Assembly (NCBI GenBank): GCA_016931175.1
Contig: JAFGFH010000008.1
Coordinates: 18,477-82,476, forward strand
Direction: 5' to 3'
Length of the DNA stretch: 64,000 nucleotides
Source of the DNA: Nanobdellota archaeon
GTDB lineage: Archaea; Nanobdellota; Nanobdellia; Tiddalikarchaeales; Tiddalikarchaeaceae
The position numbers and the translations under genes were made by a program. Positions 8,622 to 18,786 of this stretch are shown in pieces. The notes below the pieces were generated by a model that saw nothing but the letters and a program-made list of their open reading frames with translations, was not told the DNA's origin and searched no databases. How positions within the stretch are numbered: the stretch's first letter is position 1; each line of letters begins with the position of its first letter.

Positions 8622-8647
8622 GAATAATAATTAATCTTTGAATGCTC

Positions 8648-9334
8648 TTAATACTTTCTCATCAAGGAAAGGTTAAACGCAAGCTTCCTGTTTTCTTCCT
8701 TAATTAACCTGCTCTTTACAATTTTAAACTTCTTGCTGAAGATTTTACTAATCTCTTCCTTGCTGTAGTAGTGGTTGTAAACTCCTGCCCTGCTGCTCCA
8801 ATTCCTTTTACTGAAAGGTTTGTAATTGCCGGTTTTTTTGCTCTTGTCGCTGAAGGTGTATAGTATTAAATAACCTTTTTTATTCAACATTCTTGAAACC
8901 CTCTTCAAGTAATTGCTTACGTCTCTCTTTCTTAAATGGTGGAAGAGTCCGAAGTCAGTAACGACATCGAAGAAATCATTTTCGAATCTTAAATCAAAAA
9001 CGGACTGAACTGAAAACTTAGCGCTTGAATTGTTTTCCCTGCCAAGCATCTTGGCAAGCCTTACCGCACTCTTTGAAAAATCAACACCATAAGCTTCGAA
9101 ACCATTACTTGCAAAGAGAATAGTATTCCTGCCTCCCCCGCACCCAACATCCAATAATCTGCCGCTATTAATCCTGCTCTTAATCAATTCAAGCGCTAAT
9201 AATCCTTCAATACCAGGCTTTTTCTTAAAATAAGGAGCTTTTTGTTTCTCCCATTCTCCAATAAATCTCCACTTACTTTCATAATATTCCTTGTCAGTTT
9301 CTTCATAATTCATATAAAATAATTTAAAAAACAA
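8648..9334 (-). CDS. Class I SAM-dependent methyltransferase
   Basis: Motif I LDVGCGGGRN and a downstream acidic-loop motif. Confidence 0.7.
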   Translation of the reverse strand: MFFKLFYMNYEETDKEYYESKWRFIGEWEKQKAPYFKKKPGIEGLLALELIKSRINSGRLLDVGCGGGRNTILFASNGFEAYGVDFSKSAVRLAKMLGRENNSSAKFSVQSVFDLRFENDFFDVVTDFGLFHHLRKRDVSNYLKRVSRMLNKKGYLILYTFSDKSKKTGNYKPFSKRNWSSRAGVYNHYYSKEEISKIFSKKFKIVKSRLIKEENRKLAFNLSLMRKY

Positions 9335-9353
9335 GGGTTTATAGTTTTATCTT

Positions 9354-11366
9354 ATGAAGAGGCTGTTATTGTTGCTGCTTTTTATCCCTTCAGCCTTTGC
9401 TTTAGACTGTGCAGGACTTGACCCGACAGATGTTTCATCAGCAGTTATAGATTATCACGCGTTTGGGGACATAAGTATTACTTACAGCAGCCAGCAAGCA
9501 GTTGTTGAAAACCTTACAGCAACCATAAGAGTTGTTCCGCAGAAAGACACGTCTAACGAGGTTTATACAGGAGTTTTAACAAAGGGTTACTTTAATAACA
9601 CTGTATTATTATTCAAGCAGGACAGAGTCACGGAAAGCATAGTATCCTGGGATTTTAAAAGCACAGTGAGTTCAAGCACTGTTTTTCCAAGAATCACTGA
9701 AAATCCCGTCTTCCCTTACCCTGTAGAAGACTTACCTTTAGATGTCAGGGGTTATATTGAATTCACAGAGGTAGCAGATAATAGTCCTTTAATACAAGCA
9801 CGAGTTAATGAACTTTTAAGCGGCGTCACTGATTACTTCACAGCAATAGCTTTAATATCAGAATTCGTCGCTTACTACCTGGAATACAATTTAAACTATG
9901 CTCCAGTATCCACACCCGCCAGCGAGGTTTACACTCAGAAGAACGGGGTATGCGATGAGTTCTCAACACTTATGGCAAGCATGCTTAGAAACGTTGGCAT
10001 ACCTACTCGTTTCGTAAGCGGTTTTGCCTTCACCAACTCCGGAGCTCAAAGATGTTCAAACTTCGGACCGCACAGTTGGATTGAAATATACGTTCCAGGA
10101 CACGGCTGGCTACCAACAGACCCGACTTATAAAGAGTTTTTCTGGGTTGATGCAGGCCACGTCCCATTATACACGAGTAATGATGCCAGCACTAAAATAA
10201 TAAACGCGTCAATACTATACGTTGATGCTTCATTCTCAATAAGTTCTCCAGAATTTGATATTGAATTCTTAAACTACCAGTCTCCTCAGCAAATATTAAC
10301 ATTTACTTCAACCCGTTCTTTTGAAGAGGTTGGAACTGGAGACTACGTTTTACTAACAGTGACTGTAACTAATCCATACAATCAATGGTTTCTTGACACA
10401 GCTTACTTGTCCACTACTAGTGATATGAGTGTTGTTTACAATAATAAGGCGTCAGCGTTAATACTTCCTCCTAAGACTGATACTAATATTTATTACATAT
10501 TAAAAACTCCTGACGTAATCTCCGAGACATGCTTTGCACAAGGCCTCTGCAATATCGTCTTTCCAATATCAATAAGTCTTGGAAGCGGAGGATTCCAATT
10601 AACAAATATAACCGTAAACCCTAACGTTGAAATGCAGGACTATTACAACACTTACTTGAGTGAGATAAGCAGTTATGAAAGAGTTTATTCAACAAACCTG
10701 GGAGTGTCAAGAATTAATATAAACCCTAACGTTGTTACTGAAGAACAGCCAGTATTAAGCTTTGACGTTCAAAACCTTGGCAACACTCAATTAGATAATG
10801 TTGTTATTGACATCAGTTACGGTGACGTTCAATACTCTGAAAATATTGGTTCATTATTCATAAGCGAGTCAAAGACTTACACTAAGATTCTTCAACTACC
10901 TTCAACAACAGGAGTTATACCTGTAAGCTGCAGTGTTTCATCAGCTAACGTGACAGTTAATTTCAACACGACTTTTTCAATAGTAAGCTCGCCTCCTTTC
11001 GATTTTTCAATCTCAGGAGACGCTAATTATACAACGAGTGAGGATTACAATCTTAACCTTCAATTTTCCAGCATACCAAGCAATTACTTGAACGCTAATC
11101 TTAAGATATTAATAAACAATGAAGAAGTAATCAACAAGCCGTTCTACTTCAGCAGTTCAGTAATTAAAATACCTAAGAAAGAATTCGTGTTCGGAGAGAA
11201 TACTATTTCTGCAATACTCACGTATGACAACGTTGAAGGCGAACAGTTCAAGACGCAAGCATCTTCCCGGGTTTATAACTCGTTACAGCGTTCCTTCATC
11301 GAATTAGTGATGGAATACATTAATGCCGTAATAGATGTTTTCAAGATACTTCTCGGCCTGCAATAG
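9354..11366 (+). CDS. Secreted/surface transglutaminase-like cysteine protease domain protein
   Basis: N-terminal signal peptide MKRLLLLLLFIPSAFA. Transglutaminase core with catalytic Cys (GVCDEFSTLMASMLR), His (HSWIEIYV) and Asp (LPTDPT). Long Asn/Ser/Thr-rich C-terminal region. Confidence 0.65.
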   Translation: MKRLLLLLLFIPSAFALDCAGLDPTDVSSAVIDYHAFGDISITYSSQQAVVENLTATIRVVPQKDTSNEVYTGVLTKGYFNNTVLLFKQDRVTESIVSWDFKSTVSSSTVFPRITENPVFPYPVEDLPLDVRGYIEFTEVADNSPLIQARVNELLSGVTDYFTAIALISEFVAYYLEYNLNYAPVSTPASEVYTQKNGVCDEFSTLMASMLRNVGIPTRFVSGFAFTNSGAQRCSNFGPHSWIEIYVPGHGWLPTDPTYKEFFWVDAGHVPLYTSNDASTKIINASILYVDASFSISSPEFDIEFLNYQSPQQILTFTSTRSFEEVGTGDYVLLTVTVTNPYNQWFLDTAYLSTTSDMSVVYNNKASALILPPKTDTNIYYILKTPDVISETCFAQGLCNIVFPISISLGSGGFQLTNITVNPNVEMQDYYNTYLSEISSYERVYSTNLGVSRININPNVVTEEQPVLSFDVQNLGNTQLDNVVIDISYGDVQYSENIGSLFISESKTYTKILQLPSTTGVIPVSCSVSSANVTVNFNTTFSIVSSPPFDFSISGDANYTTSEDYNLNLQFSSIPSNYLNANLKILINNEEVINKPFYFSSSVIKIPKKEFVFGENTISAILTYDNVEGEQFKTQASSRVYNSLQRSFIELVMEYINAVIDVFKILLGLQ

Positions 11367-11403
11367 AAACGTTTAAAAAAAGCTCTTTTTTCTAATTATT
11401 CTT

Positions 11404-11568
11404 ATGGTTAGAATCCCTGAAGCTAACAAGAGACTTTTCAGCAACATATTTGTCTGCAAAAAGTGTAAAACAAAGGTTAGGAGCGACAGCAATAGGATAA
11501 GAAACAAGGAAGTAAAGTGCAGAAAATGCAACTCTAAAGAGTTCAGGGCAAAGAATGTTAAGAAGTAA
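11404..11568 (+). CDS. rpl40e: 50S ribosomal protein L40e
   Basis: Not in the ORF track because it is 54 aa. Hand translation gives MVRIPEANKRLFSNIFVCKKCKTKVRSDSNRIRNKEVKCRKCNSKEFRAKNVKK, the L40e pattern (FPEA..RL, C..C...C..C zinc ribbon). Confidence 0.7.
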   Translation: MVRIPEANKRLFSNIFVCKKCKTKVRSDSNRIRNKEVKCRKCNSKEFRAKNVKK

Positions 11569-11605
11569 TTCTTTTAAAACCTTGACTGTTTAAGGTATAA
11601 TAATA

Positions 11606-13093
11606 ATGAGTGATGATTACGTCGCGGACCGCTTGAAAAAAGTTGAGAAACTAAGAGAGCAGGGTGTTAATCCCTACCCTCAAATAGTGCTAAAGACCAG
11701 GAGATTCTCCTCAGATATTTTAAGTGATTATAAGAAGCTTAAAGCTGAAGAATCCTCCAAGAAAACTGAGACAATAGCAGGAAGAATCATGAGCTTAAGA
11801 AACATGGGAAACATAGCATTCGCCCACTTGCAGGATGAGATGGGAAGAGTGCAGGCAGTATTCCAGAAGAATAATTTAGATAATTATAACCGGCTTAAAC
11901 TCTTAGACTTAGGAGACTTCTTAATAGTGAAAGGAAACCCTTTCCGAACCAAGAAAGGAGAATTATCAATTAATACCAAAAGCTTCCAATTAGCATCTAA
12001 GAGCATAAGACCTTTGCCAGAAAAGTATCACGGATTAAAAGATGAAGAGATTATACTAAGAAAGAGGGAATTAGATGCTATAATGAATCCTGAATTATTG
12101 GATAAGTTCAGGAAGAAGTCTTTAATAATCAAGACTATCAGAGAATTCTTCGACAAGAACGGGTTCTTAGAAGTTCAAACACCAGTGCTTCAAACAGTTT
12201 ATGGAGGAGCAAGCGCTGAACCCTTCAAGACACATCATAACTCTTTAGACATTGATTTATATCTAAGAATCGCTCCGGAAATATACTTGAAGAGGTTAAT
12301 AGTTGCAGGTTTTGAAAAGATTTACGAATTAGGCAACAAGTACAGGAATGAAGGCATGGACAAGAGCCATCTTCAGGAAATACTTGACTTGGAATTTTAC
12401 TGGGCTTACCAGGACTATGAAGGTTTAATGAATTTCACAGAGAAACTATTGTCGCACGTTATCAAGAAGATTAACGGTTCACTTAAAGTTTTATACCAGG
12501 GGCAGGCGTTTGATTTCACCCCTCCTTACAAGAGGATAACTTTCAGAGAACTAATCAAGAAGCATACAGGAATAGACATTAACGAGTTCAACACTTTTGA
12601 ATCTTTGAAGAATGAAATAATAAAAAGAAAAATACCTGATGTTGACGTGAAAAAATGCAGGCATTACGGTGCACTGCTTGACGAGTTTTACAAGAGAACC
12701 TGCAGGCCAAAGATTATCCAGCCCTTATTCTTAACAGATTATCCTGCAGAGATGATTCCTTTAGCGAAGAGAAAAGCAGATGATAAGACCAAGATAGCTT
12801 CTTTCCAATTACTAGTCAACGGGTGGGAATTAATCAAAGCATATAATGAATTGAACGATTCTGTTGAACAGCGCACGAGATTGTTAGAACAGCAGAAATT
12901 TCTTGAATTAGGAGACAAGGAAGCGCACCCCTTGGATAAGGATTTCATTGAATCATTAGAGTACGGCATGCCCCCAGTAGCAGGATGGGGTTTAGGGCTT
13001 GCAAGATTCTGCATGCTATTAATGAACGAGTCAAGTATTAGAAGCAGCGTCTTCTTCCCTTTAATGAAGCCTGAGAAAGAGGAGACGGAGTAA
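11606..13093 (+). CDS. lysS: Lysine--tRNA ligase, class II
   Basis: 495 aa. N-terminal OB anticodon-binding region (GRIMSLRNMGNIAFAHLQD), class II motif 2 with YRNEGMD..H..EF and a motif-3 region. Confidence 0.8.
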   Translation: MSDDYVADRLKKVEKLREQGVNPYPQIVLKTRRFSSDILSDYKKLKAEESSKKTETIAGRIMSLRNMGNIAFAHLQDEMGRVQAVFQKNNLDNYNRLKLLDLGDFLIVKGNPFRTKKGELSINTKSFQLASKSIRPLPEKYHGLKDEEIILRKRELDAIMNPELLDKFRKKSLIIKTIREFFDKNGFLEVQTPVLQTVYGGASAEPFKTHHNSLDIDLYLRIAPEIYLKRLIVAGFEKIYELGNKYRNEGMDKSHLQEILDLEFYWAYQDYEGLMNFTEKLLSHVIKKINGSLKVLYQGQAFDFTPPYKRITFRELIKKHTGIDINEFNTFESLKNEIIKRKIPDVDVKKCRHYGALLDEFYKRTCRPKIIQPLFLTDYPAEMIPLAKRKADDKTKIASFQLLVNGWELIKAYNELNDSVEQRTRLLEQQKFLELGDKEAHPLDKDFIESLEYGMPPVAGWGLGLARFCMLLMNESSIRSSVFFPLMKPEKEETE

Positions 13094-14268
13094 TGGATGC
13101 TGAAATAATTAGTGTAATCTTATTCTATTCATTCTTAGCCTTCGTAATATACAAGAACAGGAAAAAGATTGAAGTAATGGATAAAATCTTTTTCGTATAC
13201 AAGTGGAAGAAAGGAGTTGATTATATAAAGAAGGTTGCAAGACCGGATTGGTTTTGGAAAATATTAAGCACTTTAAGCATACCAGTATGCTTGTTTTTCA
13301 TGATTTTCTCAATAAGCCTGCTTGTTGACGGGGCTTTATCAATAATACAAAGCCCGGACCCTTCACCAACAGTCAGCTTGTTAATACCTGGAGTTAAACT
13401 ACCAGGAAGTGATTTATATGTTCCCTTCTGGTATGGTATAATCTCCATAATAGTATTAGCAGTTGTTCACGAAGGAGCTCACGGCATAATATGCTTAATA
13501 GAAAAGATTAAACTTAAAACAACAGGTGTTGGATTATTATTATTCCTTCCTTTAGCATTTGTAGAACCTGATGAGAAGAGCTTCCTTAAATCAGAGAGGT
13601 TATCAAGGATTAGGATGTTGTGCGCTGGAAGTTTTGCAAACTTAACAACAGCTCTTCTAACCTTTTTAATAGTAGTAAACATTCTTAACCCTTTCATTGA
13701 TAACATGGTAAATTATACTAATCTTGTTATAACAGAAACCGTTGAAGGAGAACCAGCAGGGATTGCAGGAATACCAAATAATTCAGTTATACTAAGCATA
13801 AACAATGATACTGTAAGCAACATAACCGATTTTTATTACAAATTATTAGAGCTTGAACCCAACCAGAACATTAGCATTGAAACAAGCAATGGAACATTTT
13901 ACTTAACAACTGCTTCAAACCCTGACAATGAAAGCATGGCTTACTTAGGAGTGTTAACTCAGCAGGAATGGGATTACAGACCTGAATTAAAAAAATACCC
14001 TGAATGGATTTTATTAATACCTTTTGTTATAATACAGCTCTTAATGTGGGTTTCAAACCTTAATTTTGCAGTAGGAATCTTTAACCTTTTCCCTTTATGG
14101 ATAACTGACGGAGGAAAGATAGTTATAGACTTAATATCAGTAGTAGTAAGGGATAAAAACCTGTTATTACTGGTTATAAACGCTTTATTCCTGTCAGCAC
14201 TAGGCTTATTACTGTTTAACATGTTTGGGCCTTTCTTATTGAATTATTTGAAATTATTTATAGTATAA
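13093..14268 (+). CDS. Site-2 protease family (M50) membrane metalloprotease with PDZ domain
   Basis: HEGAHGI HExxH motif within a TM segment, a central PDZ-like region, and multiple TM helices. Confidence 0.7.
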   Translation: MDAEIISVILFYSFLAFVIYKNRKKIEVMDKIFFVYKWKKGVDYIKKVARPDWFWKILSTLSIPVCLFFMIFSISLLVDGALSIIQSPDPSPTVSLLIPGVKLPGSDLYVPFWYGIISIIVLAVVHEGAHGIICLIEKIKLKTTGVGLLLFLPLAFVEPDEKSFLKSERLSRIRMLCAGSFANLTTALLTFLIVVNILNPFIDNMVNYTNLVITETVEGEPAGIAGIPNNSVILSINNDTVSNITDFYYKLLELEPNQNISIETSNGTFYLTTASNPDNESMAYLGVLTQQEWDYRPELKKYPEWILLIPFVIIQLLMWVSNLNFAVGIFNLFPLWITDGGKIVIDLISVVVRDKNLLLLVINALFLSALGLLLFNMFGPFLLNYLKLFIV

Positions 14269-14327
14269 AGGCAATCTTTTTAAAGAAAATATTTTTATAA
14301 TAGCACTACTATTAGAAGGTTTACGTC

Positions 14328-14885
14328 ATGAAGAAAAAGTCTCCAAAAATCAACATTCTAGAACAGGACGAGGAGATTCATAAGCTTGTTAAAACAGTAG
14401 TTGGTGATGAAGGATTCCACATAATCAACCACTTATTCGCTGTTGAGAAAGCTGATGAGTTTGAAATAGCGGATAGTTTAGAAGAGGATGTTAACTTTGT
14501 CAGAAGCGTTATGTATAAGATGTACACTAATAATCTTGTTAGTTATACCAGAAGAAGAGACCCTGAGAGGGGATGGTATATTTACACTTGGGAGCTAATA
14601 CCTCAAAAGCTTTACCATGCTTTAATCAATTCTAAACAGAAAAAATTGGACAAATTATTCAAACAAGTTGAGGAGGAAAAAAATAAAGAGCAAGTATTCC
14701 ACTGCCCAACTTGCATGATTAACTTGGAATTTCCCAAGGCTTTGGAGTTAAGCTTCAGCTGTTTCGCTTGCGGAGGAATGCTTCAGCCTTTAAACAACGT
14801 TGATCTGATTAAAAACTTAGACCATGAAATTAAAGGATTAAGCGAGAAGATTTGCATTCTTAAAACCAAACTAAACGAGTTATAA
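14328..14885 (+). CDS. tfe: Transcription factor E (TFE alpha, TFIIE-alpha homolog)
   Basis: N-terminal winged helix plus C-terminal zinc ribbon CPTC...CFAC. Size 185 aa. Confidence 0.7.
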   Translation: MKKKSPKINILEQDEEIHKLVKTVVGDEGFHIINHLFAVEKADEFEIADSLEEDVNFVRSVMYKMYTNNLVSYTRRRDPERGWYIYTWELIPQKLYHALINSKQKKLDKLFKQVEEEKNKEQVFHCPTCMINLEFPKALELSFSCFACGGMLQPLNNVDLIKNLDHEIKGLSEKICILKTKLNEL

Positions 14886-15992
14886 TAATCTAATCAAATA
14901 CTTAGAATACTTCAACAACTCAGGTTTTTTCTTAATGAGTGTGTAAACTAATTCAATAATATTGTCCCTGTTTAATGTCTTCAAAATATTGCTAACAATC
15001 TCATCACTGAATTCATTAATAACCTGATTCAAATCATTATCATTTAAAGATGATAAAATCTTGTGCAGAGCCAGGTGCGCTAACAGTTCAAAACGAGTCT
15101 TTGGAAACCTTAAACTCTCCCCTTCAAGAACGTATTTGTAAGACTCGTTTATCATTTGAAAGGATGGAACAACTCCTCCCCCGCTTGTAGCTTTAACAAT
15201 GCCTGCAGCATCCCCCATTAAGTAAACATTGCTGCTGTTAAACCTCTTGAACAAAACCCTGTCAGGATCATGCAAAGGTATAAGTCCGGCATTAACGTCC
15301 AAGATTTTTGCCTTAATCCTTAACTTTTTAATAAAATAATCAAGCAGTTTATTCACAATTAAGTGATTACTGTTGCCAGTGCCTATTCTTAAACAATTTT
15401 TTCCGCATGGAACAATCCAGGAAAAGAAGTCATTATACTCTTCACCAAAGTAAGCGTGGAAAGTGTCATTATTAAACTCCTCAGATTTTACAACGAATTG
15501 TTTTGCAAAGAAGCACTTATTATCCTCGTTAAGTTTGAATAATTTGTTAACAGTTGATAATGGGCCGTCGCACCCGATAATATTTTTTGAATCCACCTTT
15601 AAGCCGTTATCAAAAAATAATTCAACCCTGTTATTCTTCATCTTATAACCAGTAAGGCAGTGATTCAAGTAATAATCCACCCCGCTCTTCTCAGCCTCTT
15701 CCTTCAAGTAATTGTCAAACCTTGTTCTGTTAACAACGATTTCATTGCTCTTAATCAAAGCCTTGCTTTTAACACTATGGAGTTCAATCTTATTAGTTGT
15801 GTTAACTACGAAGTTCTTATTAGTATTAACGAATTGCTTAATCTTTTCTGTGAATAGTCCAGTACACTGGACTGGAATCCCGACTTTTTTCTCCTTCTCA
15901 AAGACGCTTACACTGGCGCCGCGCATAGCTAGTTTCTTTGCAAGGTACGAACCTGCGGGACCAGCACCAATAATAACATAATCAGCTTCCAT
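14880..15992 (-). CDS. Geranylgeranyl reductase family FAD-dependent oxidoreductase
   Basis: N-terminal dinucleotide-binding YVIIGAGPAGS and a GGR-like middle region. Confidence 0.75.
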   Translation of the reverse strand: MEADYVIIGAGPAGSYLAKKLAMRGASVSVFEKEKKVGIPVQCTGLFTEKIKQFVNTNKNFVVNTTNKIELHSVKSKALIKSNEIVVNRTRFDNYLKEEAEKSGVDYYLNHCLTGYKMKNNRVELFFDNGLKVDSKNIIGCDGPLSTVNKLFKLNEDNKCFFAKQFVVKSEEFNNDTFHAYFGEEYNDFFSWIVPCGKNCLRIGTGNSNHLIVNKLLDYFIKKLRIKAKILDVNAGLIPLHDPDRVLFKRFNSSNVYLMGDAAGIVKATSGGGVVPSFQMINESYKYVLEGESLRFPKTRFELLAHLALHKILSSLNDNDLNQVINEFSDEIVSNILKTLNRDNIIELVYTLIKKKPELLKYSKYLIRLL

Positions 15993-16026
15993 TCATGATT
16001 AATCCTTTTGATGAAATATAAAACTT

Positions 16027-16099
16027 TAGCCCTGCCAGGATTCGAACCTGGGTTGGCTGGTTCAAAGCCAGCTGTCCTTGACCACTAGACTACAGGGCT
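16027..16099 (-). tRNA. tRNA-Gln (anticodon UUG)
   Basis: Minus-strand sequence AGCCCTG TA GTCT ... GCTGG CUUUGAA CCAGC ... CCAGG TTCGAAT CCTGG CAGGGCT folds as a cloverleaf with a perfect 7-bp acceptor stem. CCA is not encoded. Confidence 0.85.
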
Positions 16100-16142
16100 G
16101 TACGTTCTAAATTATTATAGAAGACTATTATTTTTTAAAACT

Positions 16143-17240
16143 TTACTTCCCTGCTGACTGCTTCATTAAGGACTTTGCAGTGTCTAAACAATCAACTAGT
16201 GTGAGCAGCAGGTCAAAACCTGTCTTTTTAATATTAATATTCTTTCCGTCGCGGATTATGTTCATATTCATCTCAACCTTTCCCTCACTGCGGCTGTCAT
16301 GAATTCTTTTTATAAATATTTTAATCTCTTTAATCTTGTCAGCATCTCTTGGCAGCAGCCTTAACTGGTTTGAAACTATGGTTCTTAACTCGTAAGCAGC
16401 ACTGTTAGGAACCTCACCGCTTATCTCTAAATCAATCCCTTTCTTTGAAATAACTGATTGAATAGTCTTTAAGACGCTGCACCTGTCAAGAACACCAATA
16501 GGTTCGTTGCTTGAGTTAACGACTATTAATCCTTTCAAGTTATTGTCAATCATTGTCTTCATCGCATCCCTTAATTTAGAATCAATAGTTGTTTTAATTC
16601 CAGGAATAATTAATCCCTCAATACTCACATCCATTAACTTGCTAATCTCACTCTTCATCAATTTTCTTCCTATCTTATTAGGCGCGTCTGAATAGAAAGT
16701 TCTTAATAAATCAATCAAGAGTATTGTTCCGACGAACTTGCCTTTCTTGTCAACCACTGGGAGCCTGTCCCTCTTGTTAAAGTTCATAATATTCTTAACC
16801 TCTCCAAGATTAGCATCCTCAGTCACGGGCTTAACTGATTTTACATTAGAATCACTGACTAATAATTTAGACAATGCAGGCTCTTTCATGTAATTCTTAA
16901 TAATATCATAGTCTGAAACGAATCCTTTAATCACTCCTTTCTTGTCAACCACTGGGAGCCCTGTTAATCCGCTGTTTAACATCTTATCAAGAACGAAATC
17001 TTCACTGCTGTCCTCATGTATTGTATGGGTTGGGTTCATGAAATTGCTGACCTTACTGTCCCCCCTGAATCTTATAATGTTTAATATATCAAAGTATGAA
17101 ATGCTTCCAATAACCTTGTTGTAACCGTCAACTACAGGTATCTCTTTATAGTTATTCTTATCCATTAGGGCAATAACATCCCTTAACAAATTTTCAGTTG
17201 TTGCAGTAGCAACTTTTTTGCTCATTATAGACTTGATCAT
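16143..17240 (-). CDS. CBS domain-containing protein (four CBS motifs plus C-terminal domain)
   Basis: Repeated CBS-like blocks (IPVVD..G.VIG.IS..DIL). Confidence 0.6.
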   Translation of the reverse strand: MIKSIMSKKVATATTENLLRDVIALMDKNNYKEIPVVDGYNKVIGSISYFDILNIIRFRGDSKVSNFMNPTHTIHEDSSEDFVLDKMLNSGLTGLPVVDKKGVIKGFVSDYDIIKNYMKEPALSKLLVSDSNVKSVKPVTEDANLGEVKNIMNFNKRDRLPVVDKKGKFVGTILLIDLLRTFYSDAPNKIGRKLMKSEISKLMDVSIEGLIIPGIKTTIDSKLRDAMKTMIDNNLKGLIVVNSSNEPIGVLDRCSVLKTIQSVISKKGIDLEISGEVPNSAAYELRTIVSNQLRLLPRDADKIKEIKIFIKRIHDSRSEGKVEMNMNIIRDGKNINIKKTGFDLLLTLVDCLDTAKSLMKQSAGK

Positions 17241-17262
17241 GTTTTAATAGAAAGTCTTAATA

Positions 17263-18783
17263 TTATATAAACTTTGACATGTAAGTATTGTCACTCACAT
17301 ATCCTAACCTGCGGTAGTAACCTCTCACACCTACACCGCTGATAACCTTAACTTTTTTCAAACCATTTTTACCAGCTAGTTTCTCAGCCTCTATTAAAAG
17401 CATCTTCCCTATTTCCTTATGCTGGACGATTCCTGCCTCTCCGAAACCTGCCTGTTCCCCGTAGACGTGCAGTTCCCTCACTAACAGTTCCCTGCTTTTT
17501 GCAGGTATTCTAACTCTTATGAAACCATATAATACATCTTTTTTGTCGCAATATTCTATGAAGTATTCTTCACCTTTGCTTGCAAAGTATTTAGAAATTT
17601 TTAAACCAGCTGTTTCGAAACTGCCCTTATTCCTGCCTGCCTCCCTGCACCTTATGCATTTACACCTCCATCCTTTGCTGTTTAACTCTGCCTGCACTAA
17701 TTGTCTTAAGTTGCTGCTCTTCAAGTCCTGCTCTATCTTAAAGCTTGGAATATCCCTCTGCAAGCGCATAATTCTTACAAAATTGGGAACAATCCTCTTA
17801 ATCCTTGCTAAAAGTTTTATAGTCTGCTTCTGAGAGTAAGGCTTCCACTTCTTTGCAAAAAACCATTCATACAATCTAGTGCCTTTAACAAGCAGTGTAG
17901 GGTAAATCTTTATCATGTCAGGTTTGAAACGCGAATCAGTGAATACTCTCTTAAAACATTCAAAATCCTTCTTAACATCACTTCCAGGCATATTAGTCAT
18001 TATGTGATAATTTATCTTAAAACCCGCATCTTTCAGCATCCTTGTTGCTTCAACAACACTCTTAACATCATGCCCCCTACCGCTTTTTTTCAAAACACTG
18101 TCATAAACTGACTGCACTCCTAACTCTACCCTGGTAGCTCCGAGTTCAAGCATTCTCTTAATTGTTTTCTTATTAATCTCATCAGGCCTTGTTTCAATAG
18201 TTAAACCAACACATCTGTGCTTCCCAGTCTCGTTCAAAACCTGCATCTCTTTTAACGTTCCTCTCTTCTTATTATTCAAAGCCCTGAAGCAGTCTGTTAC
18301 GAATTCTCTCTGGTACTTCCAGCTTCTGCTGGTAAAAGTACCTCCCATTATAATAAGTTCAACCTTGTTAGGAATCTGCCCAATAATATAATACTGTTCT
18401 AACCTGTTTTTGACCTGCTTGTAAGCGTTATAATTATTCATCTTAGCTCTTAAAGCAGCAGGTTCTTCGCCAGTATAACTCTGCGGAGTCATGAATTCAA
18501 CACCTCCAGGGCAGAAAACGCACTTGCCATGCGGGCACTTGGCAGGACTAGTCATTACAGCAACAACACTAACACCGCTTAAAGCCCTGCTAGGCTTTCT
18601 AGAAAACACCTTCAAATTACTCTTTTTGTACAAATCAGCATCGCTTATAACTCCTGCTATGCCGTACTTCTTGCTCACTAATCTCTTAACCTTATGCACT
18701 TCATTCTTTGAAGAAATCTTTCCTCTCCTAACACAGCTAATAATTTCATCAACTGCTTTATCGTAAGTTTTATTAGTTTTCAT
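17263..18783 (-). CDS. elp3: Elongator complex protein 3 homolog (radical SAM + GNAT, tRNA U34 modification)
   Basis: Radical SAM cluster region CPHGKCVFCPGG and a C-terminal GNAT acetyltransferase domain. 506 aa. Confidence 0.85.
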   Translation of the reverse strand: MKTNKTYDKAVDEIISCVRRGKISSKNEVHKVKRLVSKKYGIAGVISDADLYKKSNLKVFSRKPSRALSGVSVVAVMTSPAKCPHGKCVFCPGGVEFMTPQSYTGEEPAALRAKMNNYNAYKQVKNRLEQYYIIGQIPNKVELIIMGGTFTSRSWKYQREFVTDCFRALNNKKRGTLKEMQVLNETGKHRCVGLTIETRPDEINKKTIKRMLELGATRVELGVQSVYDSVLKKSGRGHDVKSVVEATRMLKDAGFKINYHIMTNMPGSDVKKDFECFKRVFTDSRFKPDMIKIYPTLLVKGTRLYEWFFAKKWKPYSQKQTIKLLARIKRIVPNFVRIMRLQRDIPSFKIEQDLKSSNLRQLVQAELNSKGWRCKCIRCREAGRNKGSFETAGLKISKYFASKGEEYFIEYCDKKDVLYGFIRVRIPAKSRELLVRELHVYGEQAGFGEAGIVQHKEIGKMLLIEAEKLAGKNGLKKVKVISGVGVRGYYRRLGYVSDNTYMSKFI

Positions 18784-18786
18784 TAT

